A stretch of 64,000 bases of DNA, from positions 7,316,001 through 7,380,000 of the forward strand of contig CM059449.1 in the NCBI GenBank assembly GCA_030390025.1, in the 5' to 3' direction. Positions 12,501-27,500 of the stretch are shown one piece after another (position 1 is the stretch's first letter; every line of letters begins with the position of its first letter). This stretch comes from Squalus acanthias (lineage: Eukaryota). The position numbers and the translations under genes are program-made. The notes beneath the pieces are model-generated. The model was not told where the DNA came from and searched no databases. It was given only the letters and a program-made list of their open reading frames with translations.

Positions 12501-15500
12501 CTGCCCCACCATATTTCTGGCAATGGAGTGAGGCTCCAGGAATTTCAGGGCCCATGTGTTTAAATGGAAGTGTTCACCTAGGGTTTATTGTAGATTTACC
12601 TACAAATTCATCAGCCCAATGCTTGGCTGTAGGGAAAACACAGTAAGGGTTCCATTTGCAGTAGGACAGAGTTCAAGTCAAAGAGGTTATATTGCTGCTA
12701 TATGAGACACTGGTTAGATCTCATTTGGAGTACTGTTTGCAGTGCTGGTCATCCAACCATTGGAGGATATTAATCCCCATAGAGGATATTGAGGCAAGCA
12801 GCAAAGATGATCCCACCAATTCAGTTGCGAGGTAAGGTTAAGGAAGTGGGAATTTTTCTTTTTGCAGAACAGCAGTTATGTTGACCTCACCGTTTGTCCT
12901 TCAAATACCTTTTCACTTGGCTAACAGAGATATATTGGGGAGATTTCCCAATTTGGCATTCCTGGCTTGAGTGTCTACTGGGAAATAGCACTCCAGCCCG
13001 GCTTCATCCAGCAACATTAGTGGACAAAAAATCAGCGGCTGGGCATGTGCAATTTCCTGATAACATAAGAAATAGGAGCAGGAGTAAGCCTATGGCCCTT
13101 CGAGCCTGCTCTGCCATTCAATAAGATCATGGCTGATCTACCTCAACTCCATGTTCCTGCCCTATCTCCATATCCCTTGATTCCCTTAGTGTCCAAAAAT
13201 CTATCTCCGCCATGAATATACTTAAAGACTGAGCATCTACAGTCCTTTGGGGTAGAGAATTCCAAAGATTCACAACCCTCTGAGTGAAGAAATTTCTCAT
13301 CTCAGTCCTAAATGACCGCCCCCTTATCCTAAAACTATGCCCCCTAGTTCTAGACACTCCAGCCAGGGGAAACAGCCTCTCGGCATCTACCTTGTCAAGC
13401 CTTCGAAAAATGTTATACGTTTTAATGAGATATCCTCTCATTCTTCTAAACTCCAGACAGTATAGGCCCATTCTACTCAAACTTTCTTCATAGGACAGCC
13501 TTCTCATCCCAGGAATCAATCTAGTGAACCTTTGTTGCACCCCCTCAAAGGCAAGTATATCCTTCCTCAGGTAAGGAGACGAAAACTGTTCACAGTACTC
13601 CAGGTGTGGTCTCAACAAAGCCCAATATAATTGTCGCAAGACTTCCTTACTCTTATACTCCATCCCCCTTGCAATAAAAGCTAACATACCATTTGCCTTC
13701 CTAATTGCTTGCTGTATCTGCATGTGTGCACTGGGTATCTTCAGCGCCGAAGCAGAAAATCTGAGTACACAGCACTTTCTGCATATTTCTTGATTTTTCA
13801 AAAATGGCCTGCCCATTCAGATTATCAGCTTTTGCAGTTTTTCTTTTTTTTTAATTTCAGAAATAATTTAATTGAAGTATTCAAAATTGTGAAACGTATT
13901 GACAAAATTGATCCTGGGGACACTCATTTAAAAATAGGAAGCTGGGAATAAAAAGGGAAAATTCAAAAGAACTCTTTTTGTAATAAACATGCGAGATATT
14001 TTTCCAGGGATGGCAAATGAAGTTTTTCTGGAGAAAGAAAAGACAAAAAAAAAAGGACAGGCTTGTTGGGTCTAATTAATTTTTTCCTGCTCCTTTTGAA
14101 ACGTTTTATGTTCTTTTCTTACTGAATCCACTCTCTTATCTATACAATAGCAAAATACTGCGGATGCTGGAAATCTGAAATAACTTATCTATACACCTTT
14201 TTTGAAAGTTATTTTTCCTTTTAAATTTTCCTGAATAGGGCCTTCACGTGCTCTCTGCTGCCAGGTATATTTACCATTAATTGGTCAGTCATACATACTT
14301 TTTCTCACCAATCTTTGCCTACAATCGTTTCTCCTCTTGCCGCCCTTCCTGAAGGCATTGATTCCCAGCTGGGCTACAATTCCATGGGTACCTACCTGGT
14401 GCCCTCTGGTACCTCATCCAAGTGGTCATAACTTAGTCTACAACTGATATCTCATTTATATTCATTAATCACCTCTGATTTTTATACAAGAACATATTTT
14501 GAGAAGAAATTTTGTTCATATCCTATTGGAGTCACGTCACAGAAATATTCTGATCATATTATCACTCAGTAACAGTAAATTAATATTTCCCATGGGTTAA
14601 AGGAAGCATTGTTAATAATAAATGTTATTTCTAAATATGTTTGTTGATCTTTGTAGGTTTGGGACGTGAGCACTGGATCCAGATAGAGGGATACAGTAAA
14701 AATGGAATTCAGCTTGTGTGTGAATCTAATGGATGGTTCCCTGAGCCAGAGATACTGTGGACTGGTGGAGATGGACAGAACTTAACAGCACAGTCTGAAA
14801 TAAGTTACCACCAGGACTCTAAAGGTCTTGTAACTGTCCAGAGCAACGTGGCTGTAACCAGAGATTCAACAAACAGGTTCAAGTGTCTCATACAGAACAA
14901 ACTGTTGAAAAAAGAACAAGAAGCAACTATTCAGATATCAGGTCTGTAAATTATAAAATGAAGTTAATTAAAGGGAATAGTGATTGATTTGCAATTTCAA
15001 TTCTGCCATACATCAAACCGGGTCTGATGGTAAACTAACTGCGCTCCAAGATATTCTCATGTTATAGTTATTGTGGGAACAGTCTTTGGTATTAATTGCA
15101 CTTGATGATTAATTTACCGCAGTATATTTGTGTAAACGAGTTGGTCCTGAAATTCCTGGATATTGGTCGACTGCCGAAAATGTGGCGCGGTGGGACTTAC
15201 TGACGCAGACTATTCCAAATCACAGGACAGGGATCATTTACATAAAGGGGGTGGGCAATTGTGCCATTTGCAGTGCTTCCTGGGTCTATCCCACCAGGGC
15301 CAGAAATAGCCAAGTAGGGTGGACTGTTACGGCCAAAGATAGAAATATTTTTAAAGAATTTTGCCCCAATGGAAGTGATGTTGTTTATTTTCTTGTGAGT
15401 TCTTCCCAAGTACCTCTGGCTTCTGGAGATTATAATCTTAACCTACTGTTACATGTTGGTGCTTAAAGCAGGCTTTGATGATTTGTTCCAGCAACAGATT

Positions 15501-18500
15501 AAATATTGATCATCTTTCTTTCTTTCTTTTTCCCCAATGGGGCTGTTTAAAAACACTGCACTTTTTACCTTTTTTAATTTATATTTTTCATTTTATGTAT
15601 TTTATTTGCAAAATTCTCCTCCTCATTATCCACTTGTGTTGCATTTGTTTCTGTCGGTATGTATCTGAAATTTTTCTTCATTTCGTTCTTGCTCTGTAAA
15701 GATGCTGTATTCTTCATTACGCTGTAGGGTTAAGTAGTACAGGAGAGATTTTCTGCTCCTGGTCAGAAGCACGTGCTGAGCATGGGTGGGAGTGGGAAAT
15801 CGGGTGCAAAGGCCAAGCGCTTGAAATGTACTGTGAGCAGCAACCTGATGCTGGGGGAGTGGGAGGCTCACGTCACTCGAGTGCACAAGCCGCAGTGGAG
15901 CTTTAAAAATGAAGGCGGTGCTTCCCTGTCCACCACCTTAAACATTCATTCCCTCCACCACCGGCGCACCGTGGCTGCAGTGTGTACCATCTACAAGATG
16001 CACTGCAGCAACTTGCCAAGACTTCTTCGACAGCACCTCCCAAACCCGCGACCTCTTCCACCAAGGGCAGCAGGCGCATGAGAACACCATCACCTCTAAA
16101 TTCCCCTCCAAGTCACACACCATCCTGACTTGGAAATATAACGCCGTTACTTCATCATCGCTGGGTCAAAATCCTAACAGCACTGTGGGAGTGTCTTCAC
16201 CACACGGACTGCAGTGGTTCAAGACGGAGGCTCACCACCACCTTCTCAAGGGCAATTAGGGATGGGCAATAAATGCTGGCCTTGCCAGCGACGCCACATC
16301 CCAGGAATGAATATATAAAAAAAAATCACTGCAGTTCTTTGTAGCTGTTTGATAAAACTGAGTGGCTTGCTCGGCCACTTTAGAGGGCAGTTAAGAGTCA
16401 ACCATGTTGGTGTAGGACTGGAGTCACATATCGGCCAGATCAGGATGGCAGGTTTCCTTCCCTGAAGGACATTAGTGAACTAATTGGGTTTTTATGACAA
16501 TCTGACTGCTTCATGGTCACTTTTTCATTGTTTAAAAAAAAAGAAACAAAATTTTACCATGAAATGAACTGAATTCAAATTCTCAGTGGGATTTGAACAC
16601 ATTTCACAACATTGAAATTTAGTCAATTAATTCTCTTTTTTTGTATGTTTTAATACTTTCATTTAAAGTTACTGTTTGAAGGCCTCAGCTGTCAAAATCC
16701 TAGTGGGCGGTGGAATTCTCTACCCCAGAGGACTGCGGAGGCTCAGTCGTTGAGTATATTCAAGACAGAGATCGATAGATTTTTGGATATTAAGGGAACC
16801 AAGGGATATGGGGATAGTGCAGGAAAGTGGAGTTGAGGTAGAAGATCAGCCATGATCTTGAAAGGCGGAGTAGGCTCGAGGGGCAGAATGGCCGACTCCT
16901 GCTCCTATTTCTTGTGTTCTTGTGAAGTAGAGTTTAACTCTGGGCAGGTTTAAAACAGTTGGAAACTCAGCTGCTGCTGCAGAAATCAGGCCAGGGCTAT
17001 TTTAACTCCCGGACCTCATTAATATGCCACCAGTCCACCTCCTGCCTGTGGAAAATTGGACAACCTATGGCTGCCCACCGGCATGCAGGTAGGTGTGGGG
17101 AAAGGGTGGAGGTCAGGGAGTCTGGGGTAGGGGGGCATAAACTTTCCTTGTGGGACCTGGAGGAGCACGCCTGCTCCTCCCAGCCCCACAAAGATAAGTG
17201 AATAACTTACCTTTCAAGGCCTCTTCACATCCCTGTCCTCTTCTGACTTGGCTCAGCCTGGCTTCCCAGAGTTAAAATTACAGTCTAGGTCCAAGAGCGC
17301 AATTTTTAAAGAAGGACCCCGCCAGCTTTGGGCGGGTGGATTCGTCTCGCATTAAGAAGCCGGTGCAAAAATCGTGGTTGGCGGGATCCGAGGGGCTCGA
17401 GAACAGGTAAGTAACCTGGGCGATTTTAACTGCCCACTCACCCGGCGGAAACCGTAGTCTTTAACCCGGGGTCATAAACTTTTAACTATGTTTTGCTAAT
17501 ATTGGGCATTTGAAAAGAATGATTTCTGTGAGATATGTTACAGGTAATATTATTATCTAACTCACTGACATTTACTTTGCAGACGATTTCTTCCCGGCTG
17601 TCTCAGGCTGGCTGGTGTTTCTATCTGTGTTCCTCTGTCTTCTAATAGTAGCTTTTGCTACTGGGATCTTTCGGACTGTGAAACAACATAGATACATCAA
17701 AGGTACGGTCTCAGTCTAACAGTGACAATGGAGATTATAGATTCAGGATTGAACAGAAATGTGGAAAGAGAACCAGGTTTTTTTATTCTCATGTTAAATT
17801 TGGAAGAGAAAATAACATGGAAGGAAAAAGGTTTGCAGGGCTACGGGGAAAGGGCGGGGGAGTGGGACCAGCTGAGGTGCTCCTGCAGAGAGCCGGCACG
17901 GACTCGACGGGCTGAAAGGCCTCCTTCTGTGCTGTAACCATTCTATGATTCTAAGTGAAATATAAGCAAATACATTTCCACTTGTCGGCTGACTGGAAGA
18001 CTCTTCAATATTTATTTTCAATAAATCTTTCATACAGTTAGGTTTGTGCAGTTAAGCTGCCCATTGAATAATTGTGATTATGTTACTGTTACAGGAAATG
18101 TACCTTTTAACATTTCCTTCAGCAAGCTGTGAGAAAGGATAATTCAGAATCAAACTCAAATGTAGAAAACAAAACCAGAAAAAAGCTGGAAATACTAAGT
18201 AGGTGAGGCAGCGTCTATGCAGAAAACAGAAGTCCCGTCAACATTTCAGGTCTCGGACCATTCCTCAGGATCTATGAAATAAATTCTTTAGATATCTACA
18301 CTCTGCCTTTTTTAGCCCCCTTACCTCTGCTAACTCTCATCTTGATCCAGACTTTTCTGTGATTCCCAGTCATGATTACATTTTAATTCCTGCTAACTTA
18401 TTTTTTTCCCCTTCAGTATTACAGGTTGAGCGTCCAAAATCCGGAGTTCCGGAATCTGGAATGTTCCGGAATCCAGACGATTGGTGGCAGGGTCGTCCGG

Positions 18501-21500
18501 AATCCGGACACCCTGTCAAACCGCAACCTGGGCCCAAGCATTTCCGGACTCGGAACGTGTTTCTGCTGTCCGAAGTCCGGAAACGCCCGAGCCCAGGTTG
18601 CGATATTTCCGGACTTCGGACATCAGAAACACGTTCCGAAGTCCGGAAAAACACGAAAACCGGCTCGGCCTCGGTCCCGAGGTTGCCGGATTCAGGACAC
18701 TCGACCTGTATTACCCTCCAATGAAGGGCACACACCCTCTATTTCCTTTCTGATGTATGACACGATGGGTCGAATGGCCTCCTTCTGAGCTGTAAAGTTC
18801 TATGATTCTATCTTTACATCCCACAGGGGTTCTCTGGCTGGCCATTAGGCAACACACAGTAGCTACCTACTGAAGTCAACCCACCCAACTTTCCTGCCCA
18901 GGACAGTTCGTGTTTCCTTGTATCTTTAAAAATTCAGCCACTATAGTTTTGGTCTCGATCGTGCTATTTTAATTATTTTCCACGTGGGGATATCTTTGTT
19001 TTTATTTTTCTCCACTATCTTCAAAATATTTTGTTCAATTTGTACTTCCACCTCCCACTTAATCCTCCCTAGGACTAAACCAATTACACAATATAGCACC
19101 ACGTGAACTGTAGCACGGTCTATCACTTAAACACCTAAATATGATAGAAGTGGATGTATGGTGTACAGAAAAAAGAAAGTGCATGATTTTTTTTTGAATG
19201 GAAATTAATCCTATTTATTCATGTTTGTAAGTGAAAGCATATCTAATTACATAAGTTATTGTTTGATAGTAACTGCAATTTATGTTTGTTGAATTTTTCC
19301 AGAACTAGAACTTGACCAGTCTATCAAACAATTCGGTAAGGGTTTAACATTGAAGTTTCTGCAATACGGCGAAGAATGTTGGGCTTGGCTATTAAGATGT
19401 AGAGATGGCACAGCTATACTGCTAAACAATGGCTATTAAACTGACTCTTTAAATATTATTTTGTCCATAATTCACCATATGAGCAGTACCTTTGCATAAT
19501 CTTCCATTTTTAAAAATTCATTTATGGGATGTGGGTGGCGCTGGCAAGGCCAGCATTTATTGCCCATCCCTAGTTGCCCTTGGTGGTGAGCCGCCTTCTT
19601 GAACCGCTGCAGTCCGTGTGGTGAAGGTACTCCCACAGTGCTGTTAGGTAGGGAGTTCCAGGATTTTGACCCAGCGACGATGAAGAATCAGCGAAATATT
19701 TCCAAGTCAGGATGGTGTGTGACTTGGAGGGAAACTTGGAGGTGATGGTGTTCCCATTCATCTGCTGCCCTTGTCCTTCTATGTGGAAGAGGTCGCGGGT
19801 TTGGGAGGTGCTGCCGAAGAAGTCTTGGCGAGTTGCTGCAATGCATCTTGTAGATGGTACACACTGCTGCCACGGTATGCCGGTCATGGAGGGAGTGAAT
19901 GTTTAAGGTGGTGGATGGGGTGCCAATCAAGCGGGCTGCTTTGTCCTGCATGGTGTCGAGCTTCTTGAGTGTTGTTGGAGCTGCACTCATCCAGGCAAGT
20001 GGAGAGTATTCCATCACACTCCTTACTTGTGCCTTGTAGATGGTGGAAAGGCTTTGGGGAGTCAGGAGGTGAGACACTCGCTGCAGAATACCCAGCCTCT
20101 GACCTGCTCTTGTTGCCACAGTATTTATATTTGATATAAATATATAACTACAAAAAACAGGTTACAAGTAAATTTTAAAAATCGATGAATAACTTCTAGT
20201 TACCTAAAATATTTCAACCTATACCTCACACATATTTGAACAGTAAAACATTAACACACACTGATACAACAATGAACCTTGTTTCAAAATTGAAAAGAAC
20301 ACCCTGCTGTACCAGTGTCACAGTTCTATTTCTCACACCACTAATCCTTTTGACTATTCTGATTTACATTGACAGTATAACTTGTCCAGAACCATGAGCA
20401 CATAACTACTGTACAATCACATCCACTAGAAACTAGATTGTTTGGCACAAGCTCATTTCATGTAGAACTACAATAGCCAGCAAGGAGAAGAGACTTTCAT
20501 TACATCAAGCCTAGAACCGTACCCACGACCCAAAGGTAAAAGGATAGGGATCGTCCACTGTGCCACTCAAGTTACCAACTCAACAAATCTTTTGATGAGC
20601 CTTTAGCCAGTATGCCTTTTGATTAATATTACCTTCAAGGGGCCACAGGGAGGGGGGAACTAAAGACAATCATTATCACTAAGGAAAAAGAACTTGGTAA
20701 AATAATGGGACTGAAAGACAGAGAGTCGGGATAAATGGGTCATTTTCCAGTTGGCAAACGGTAACTAGTGGGGTGCCACAGGGATCGGTGCTGGGGCCTC
20801 AACTATTTACAATCTACATTAATGACTTAGCGGGAACATTGGCTGTAGTGTCCACCACTAAGAGTGGCTTGGTAGTTCCAGCACTGACCGAGCTGGATGA
20901 ATCCTGAAGGGCACAGCTGCCAGACTAGGCCTGTGTCAGCTGGTGAGGGAACCAATATGAGGAAATAATCGATCTGACGAACCAATACGAGGAAATAATC
21001 GACTTGACTTTGTTCTCACCAACCACCGATTGTGACACATCTGTTCATGATAGCATTAGTAGACAGACCACCTCACGGTCCTTATGAAGACAAACTCTCA
21101 TCTACTCACCCTCCATCATATATTGTGGCACTACCATCATGCTAAGTGGGACAGGCTAAGGAGAGGTCTAGCAGGCCAAAACTGGCCATCTATAAGGTGT
21201 TATGGGTCGTCAATAGCAGCATAACTGTTGACCACCACAATTTGTAACCTTATGGCGAGGTACATCCCTCACTCCTTCATCACCATCAAGCCGAGCGACT
21301 AACACTGGTGCAATAGGGATTGTAGAAAGACATACCAGGAGCAGCAGCAGGCACACCTTATATTGGGGCACCAACCTGGTGAAGCTACAACACAAGGCTA
21401 CCTGCATGCTTAACACCAAAAGCAGCAGGTTATAGACAGAAATAAATTTTCCCATAACCAACTGATCAGAGCAAAGCTCTGTAGCCCAAAACATCCAGTC

Positions 21501-24500
21501 AAGAATGGTGATGATGGACAATCAGGCAACGAATGGAGGAAGAAAATACCCATCCTTAACCATGGTGGAGGCAGCAAGTGACTGAATGATACAAGGCTGA
21601 ATTGTATGCAAGTGTTTCCATCCAGAAGTACCAAGTGGATGATCCTACTCGGCATTTCCCCAAGATGCTCACCATCATAGATGGCAGTGCCCAGTCATTT
21701 TGGTTTACTCCATGTGACTTTTAAGAAGCTACTCAGTATTGCCTATGCCCCTGCTGCCCCCCTCCCCTCCCTATTGCATGAGATCCCAACCATTTCTACT
21801 TTGGCCCCCTGGTCAAGGGAATCGATCCAATATATTAAAAAAATTACCATTTCTTAAGGGGTCCAGCCACCCCTCTTGTCTGTACCCAAACCCCTCGGTG
21901 GGGTCGATGTCAGCTCAGCTGGAGGCAGCTATGCAAGATCTCACTCGGCATACCAGCCTCCAGTCCTCCGGCACAACCGGGTCCCTGCTGTTTTTCCGCT
22001 GGAACCCCGGAGGAAATTTGGGGGTTGTGTAATTAAATGTTGAGAATAACTGAAACGGGCAATTCAATGCAGCCAATCGTTAGGACAATAGCTAAAAGAT
22101 GCCAGCCATTATCACTGTGGGTAAGGAATAGACTTCAGGATGTACCAAAGCACTTTACAAACAAGGTATTTCTGAAGTGTAGCCACTGTTCTAATGTAGG
22201 AAACACGGCAGCCAATTTCTACACAGCAAGGTCCCACAAACAGCAGAGTTAAATGAGCAATTAAACTGTCATGGTGATGTTGGTTGAGGGATAAATATTA
22301 ACCAGGACATCGGTAGAACTCCCCTGCTCTTCTTCGAAATAGTGCCATGGGATCTTTTACGTCCACTTGAAAAGGCAGATGGGACCTTGGTTTAACCCCT
22401 CATCTGAAAGACAGCAACTCTGACAGTGCAGCACTCCCTCAGTACTGGCACTGAAATACAGTCTAGACTATGTGCTCAAGTCTCTGACTCGGAGGCGAGA
22501 GTGCTGCCACTGAGCCAAGGCTAACACCTACATGCTAAAATTTCAATGCTCAAACCATTTGAAATGTGGGGAATGTGTCAATATTTTAATGTTTGTGACA
22601 ATCAGATTAATAAAGTGTATTTACAGTATTTTTTTTATTTTTTAGACCAGTGGAAGCCTCTTGTTGAATCAGGTATGATGTTCTCTTACGTAAACTGTTT
22701 TATATTAATGCACCTAGTAAGTTGTAGCATCAGTTGTATTCACTGATGCATCTGCTGCACGAACAACTCATTTAATCTGATAAGAAATACAGGGTCAGAA
22801 TTTGCTGTCGCAGGGCATAGTTAGACTTGCCCCTGCACCCTTCAAATATTTTTTGCTCACAAAGTTGCTGAACGTGCCAGCTGATAACAGCGGAGCGAGG
22901 AAAACAGGGCATCTGGGACCGGAGTGAACAGTGGGACAAACAGTCAGTCTTCTTTACTAATGAGATTTAAGGATTGGGGAAACAAGAAATACTGACAAGG
23001 AGGGTAAATTAAAGGGGGTGAGCTCAATGCCAAATCATGTACAGAAAGAGAAATAAAGAGGGAAAGAAAGATTGGATTAAGAGAGAGAGAAAAGAGAGAC
23101 AGAAAGGAAAATAAAAAATAAAATTTAATAGTTGACATTTTTTAAATGTCCTCGCAAAATTCAAAACCTGAAAGAATGAGACTCCACACTTGTAATAGTT
23201 AATTTTCGGTGCCAGAAAGGTTGATCGTCAGTCATCAACAATTATCACGTTAAAAGGGTACTTGCACTGATAATGACAAGACTTAACTTTCTGTGGTGAG
23301 TTTAATGGGCAAATACAGAAAGTTCCTTTCAAAAAACAGGGGAGGCTAACGGCGAGATGCCGTTTTGCGCAGCTATCAGCGAGCGACACAAGTCGGACAG
23401 CAACTTTTGGATATTCACATTTAACAGCACAGCTGCTGCTCACCTGAAGTGGCTGTACCGTTTACCCATAAATAATGGGGAGCGCCATTAGCCTCACCGT
23501 TATTTTGACAGCAAATTCTGGCCCATTGCTACTGTGCTTTGTATCATCTGACTACAAAGCTTTCATGGATTTTCACACAGCCGTCAAGGTTGTACTAATG
23601 ATTTTGCTTAAACTGGTATTTCACCCCATGTTCAGACTATTTTCATTGGTCCTTCCCTAAGTCTGGGAAATTGGCTACATTTTTTCAGTGCCTGTTCCCA
23701 GTGACAGGATTCAGATTAGAAATTGATGGCGCCCATCTATTATCTCGTAAAATCACGAAATGGGTTGCAATATTCCATTTGAAAATGCATTTAAAAAGTC
23801 CTATGTCATACTATCTCAATGGGAAAAATGCATAATAAAGGAGTCAATAACAATTATGCCCGTGGAGGAAAGGTCCAATTCAGCCCTGCTCCTCTCTCCA
23901 CACCCCCCACCCCCACGCAAACTGAGAAGAGGGCAGGTGTAACTCGCCACATTCTCCCTCCCCCCGCCCCCGGCCATCCTCCTTGACCTGAATGCTACAC
24001 TTGGTCTCGACTCCCCATGTGCAATGCCACAGGGGATTGACTAGTATTAGGTAATAAATATAGAGGATTACCTGTTCAAATCTTTGAAGGTGGTAATACA
24101 AGTTGATAGTGCTGTTAAAAAAGCATATGGGATCCTTAGTTTTATAAATAGGGACATTGAGTACAAAAGCAAGGAAGTTATGCTAAATCTTCACTGGTTT
24201 GGCCTCAGCTGGAGTGTTGTGTTCATTTCTGGGCACCACACTTTAGAAAGGATGTCAAAGCCTGGGAGAGGGTGCAGAGGAAATTTACCAGAGATGAGGG
24301 ACTTCAGTTATGCGGAGAGATGAGAGGCTAGGATTGTCCTCCTTAAAGTAGAGAAAATTAAGGGGAGATTTAATAGAGATGTTCAAAATTATGAGCGGTT
24401 TTGATAGAGTAAATAACGGAAAACTGTTTCCACCGGCAAGAGAGTTAGTAACCAGAGGACACAGATTTACAATTGGCATAATAACCAGAGGGGAGATGAG

Positions 24501-27500
24501 GAGAAATTTTTGTATGATTGTTATGATTTGGAATGCGCTGCCTGAAAAGGTGGTGGAAGCAGATTCAATAGTAACTTTCAAAAGGGAATTGGATATATAC
24601 CTGAAAAGGAAAAATCTGAGAGTGGGGGAGTTTTAAAAAAAAATTCATTCACAGGATACGGTTGTCGCTGGCCAGGCCAGCATTTATTGCCCATCCTTAG
24701 TTGCCCTTGAGAAGGTGGTGGTGAACAGCTTGGCTAAAAGCACAGCTAGTTGTGGAGCACAAGTCTACAGCTGGGATGTTGTCAGGGTCCATAGCCTTTG
24801 CTGTATCCAGTGCACTCAGCCATTTCTTGATATCATGTGGAGTGAATCGAATTGGCTGATGACCGGCTTCTGTGATGGTGGAGACCTCGGGAGGAGGCCG
24901 AGATGGATCATCCACTTGGCACTTCCTGGTTGCAAACGCTTCAGCCTTGCCTTTTGCACTCACGTGCTGGGCTCCGCCATCATTGAGGATGGGGATATTC
25001 ATGGAGCTTCCTCCTCCCGTTGGTTGTTTAATTGTCCACTACCATTCACGACTGGATGTGGCAGAACTGCAGAGCTTTGATCTGATCTGTTGATTGTGGG
25101 ATCACTTAGCTCTGTCTATAGCATGCTGCTTCCGCTGTTTAGCATGCATGTAGTCCTGTGTTGTAGATTTCCCCAAGTTGCCACCTCATTCTTAGGTACC
25201 CCTGTACTGCTCCCGGCATGCTCTTCTACACTCCTCTTGAACCAAGGTTGGTTCCCCCAGCTTGACGGTAATGGTAGAGTGAGGAATATACCAGGCGATG
25301 AGGTTACAGATTGTGGTGGAATACAATTCTGCTGCTGCTGATGGCCACAGCACCTTATGGATGCCCAGTTTTGAGCTGCTAGATTGGTTTTGAATCATTT
25401 AGCACAGTGGTAGTGTTACACAACACGATGGAGGATGTCCTCAGTGGGAAGACTAAATTCGTCTCCACAAGGACTGTACACTGGTCACTCCTACCAATGC
25501 TGCCATAGACAGATGCATCTGCGACAGGTAGATTGGTGAGTACGAGGTCAAGTAGTTTTTTCCCTCCTGTTGGTTCTCTCACCACCTGCCGCAGGCCCAG
25601 TCTGGCAGCTATGTCCTTCATGTCGGCCAGCTTGGTCAGTATTGGTACTACCGAGCCACTCTTGGTGATGGACATTGAAGTCCCCCACCCAGAGTACATT
25701 CTGTGCCTTTGCTTCCTTCAGTGCTTCTTCCAAGTGGTGTTCAACATGGAGGAGTACTGATTCATCAGCTGAGCGAGGGCAGTAGGTGGTAATCAGCAAG
25801 AGATTTCCTTGCCCATGTTTGACCTGATGCCATGAGACTTCTTGGGGTCCAGAGTTAATATTGAGGACTCCCAGGCGCACTCCCTCCCAATTGTATCTCT
25901 CACTGTGCTGCTACCTCTGGTCATAGGACATACCCAGGGATGGTGATGGGGAGTCTGGGACATTGGTTGAAAGGTATGATTCTGTGAAAATGAATCCCCA
26001 GATGTTAGAGAGAACTTTGCAGGGTTGACTGGGCTGGGTTTGCCTTTGTCGTGTCCGAATCCGGTGCCTATGTCGATGCTGAGTGATCCGTCTGGTTTTA
26101 TTCCTTATTATTGTTTTTCGTAGCGGTTTGTTACAACCGAGTGGCTTGCTGGGCCATTTCAGAGCACAGTTAAGAGTCAACCACATTGCTGTCTGGAGCC
26201 ACATATAGGCCCAACCATGTTGAACACCACTTGGAAGAAGCACAGCAGATTTCCTTCCCTAAATGACATTAGTGAACCAGATGGGTTTTACGACAATCCG
26301 ATAGTTTCACAGTCACCATTGCTAGCTTTTTAATTCCAGATTTATTTAATTAACTGAATTAAATAACCCAGTTGCTGTGGTGGGATTTGAACTCCTGTCT
26401 CCGGACCATTAGTCCAGGCCTCTGGATTACTAGTCTAGTAACATAACCACTATGCTACTGTACCCCAAGTGGAACATTGGGTAGCTCTTTTGAAGAGCCA
26501 GCACAGGCACGATCGGCCGAATGGCCTCTTTTTGTGCTGTAACATTCTATGAAATGTTTCCTTTTCAGTCTATATTCTGAAAACATTGAAGATTTTGCAG
26601 TGAGGGCAATTTTACATACTCATAATTAGTGTAATTATTCAGCCCTTTTGTACAACGTGTATTTGTGTGTGTGCAATTGCACATATATGTTACTATGTTG
26701 CAATCATTATGTGAAGACATGTTAAACTTCTCCCAGTTCTGCTGAGGCTGCCTAAAATCAATTTTCACCAGGAGGAAATTGTTAACGCAGACATTGAAAT
26801 TCATGCACGGACTTAAATTTGCATTTCCCAGACAGTCTTAATAAGCAAAACAGGCCCACTTCCCCTGGGACCAAGTCCTGGCAGGCTGGTGTGCAGTGGT
26901 ATATAATGTTGAGTGCAACTGCCAGGATCACTGGCTGATGATGTCAGCCCACCTGCTCCACCTCTTTGTGCTCCCACACAGGAGTCTGACGCAAAAAGCA
27001 TCTGGTCCAATTGCCATGAAATTTTGAATGGGTCATGAAAAGGGTGAGAGACCCAATGTATCCAGATTATGATCCAAAATCCTCCCTTGCCCACCCACAC
27101 AATGGCAGCTTTGTATTACCAGGGTCCCAGTAATTTCGGGGCCTATGTCTTCCAATTTACAATGATTGTGAATTTTTTTTCCTATGGAATTATTTGCATG
27201 CTGATACCCCGTGAAAACTTCTCCAGTCTAATTGGTTTATTATTTCTGTTTTCAGATTGGAAGAAGATTTGTGAGTGTAAAGGTAAGATCTGCAAGATAG
27301 GTTGTAATAAACATTTACATAAATTTGATTGTAACTGATCTACTCTCTTGATCATAATCACTATAGTACATGAAATTGTGTTTGAAGAGACCTCCTCTTG
27401 TCACTCTCCACCTTCACTCTGGATAATTTTCTGAGTTCATGCTGCTGCCTGCGAGCCTCAAACATTAGCAGTACACATTAGGAAATAGCAGATGCACTGC

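Noticed and set aside
18359-18788. Overlapping 120-aa ORFs
   Set aside because: They coincide with a GC-rich palindromic MITE and show no protein signature.
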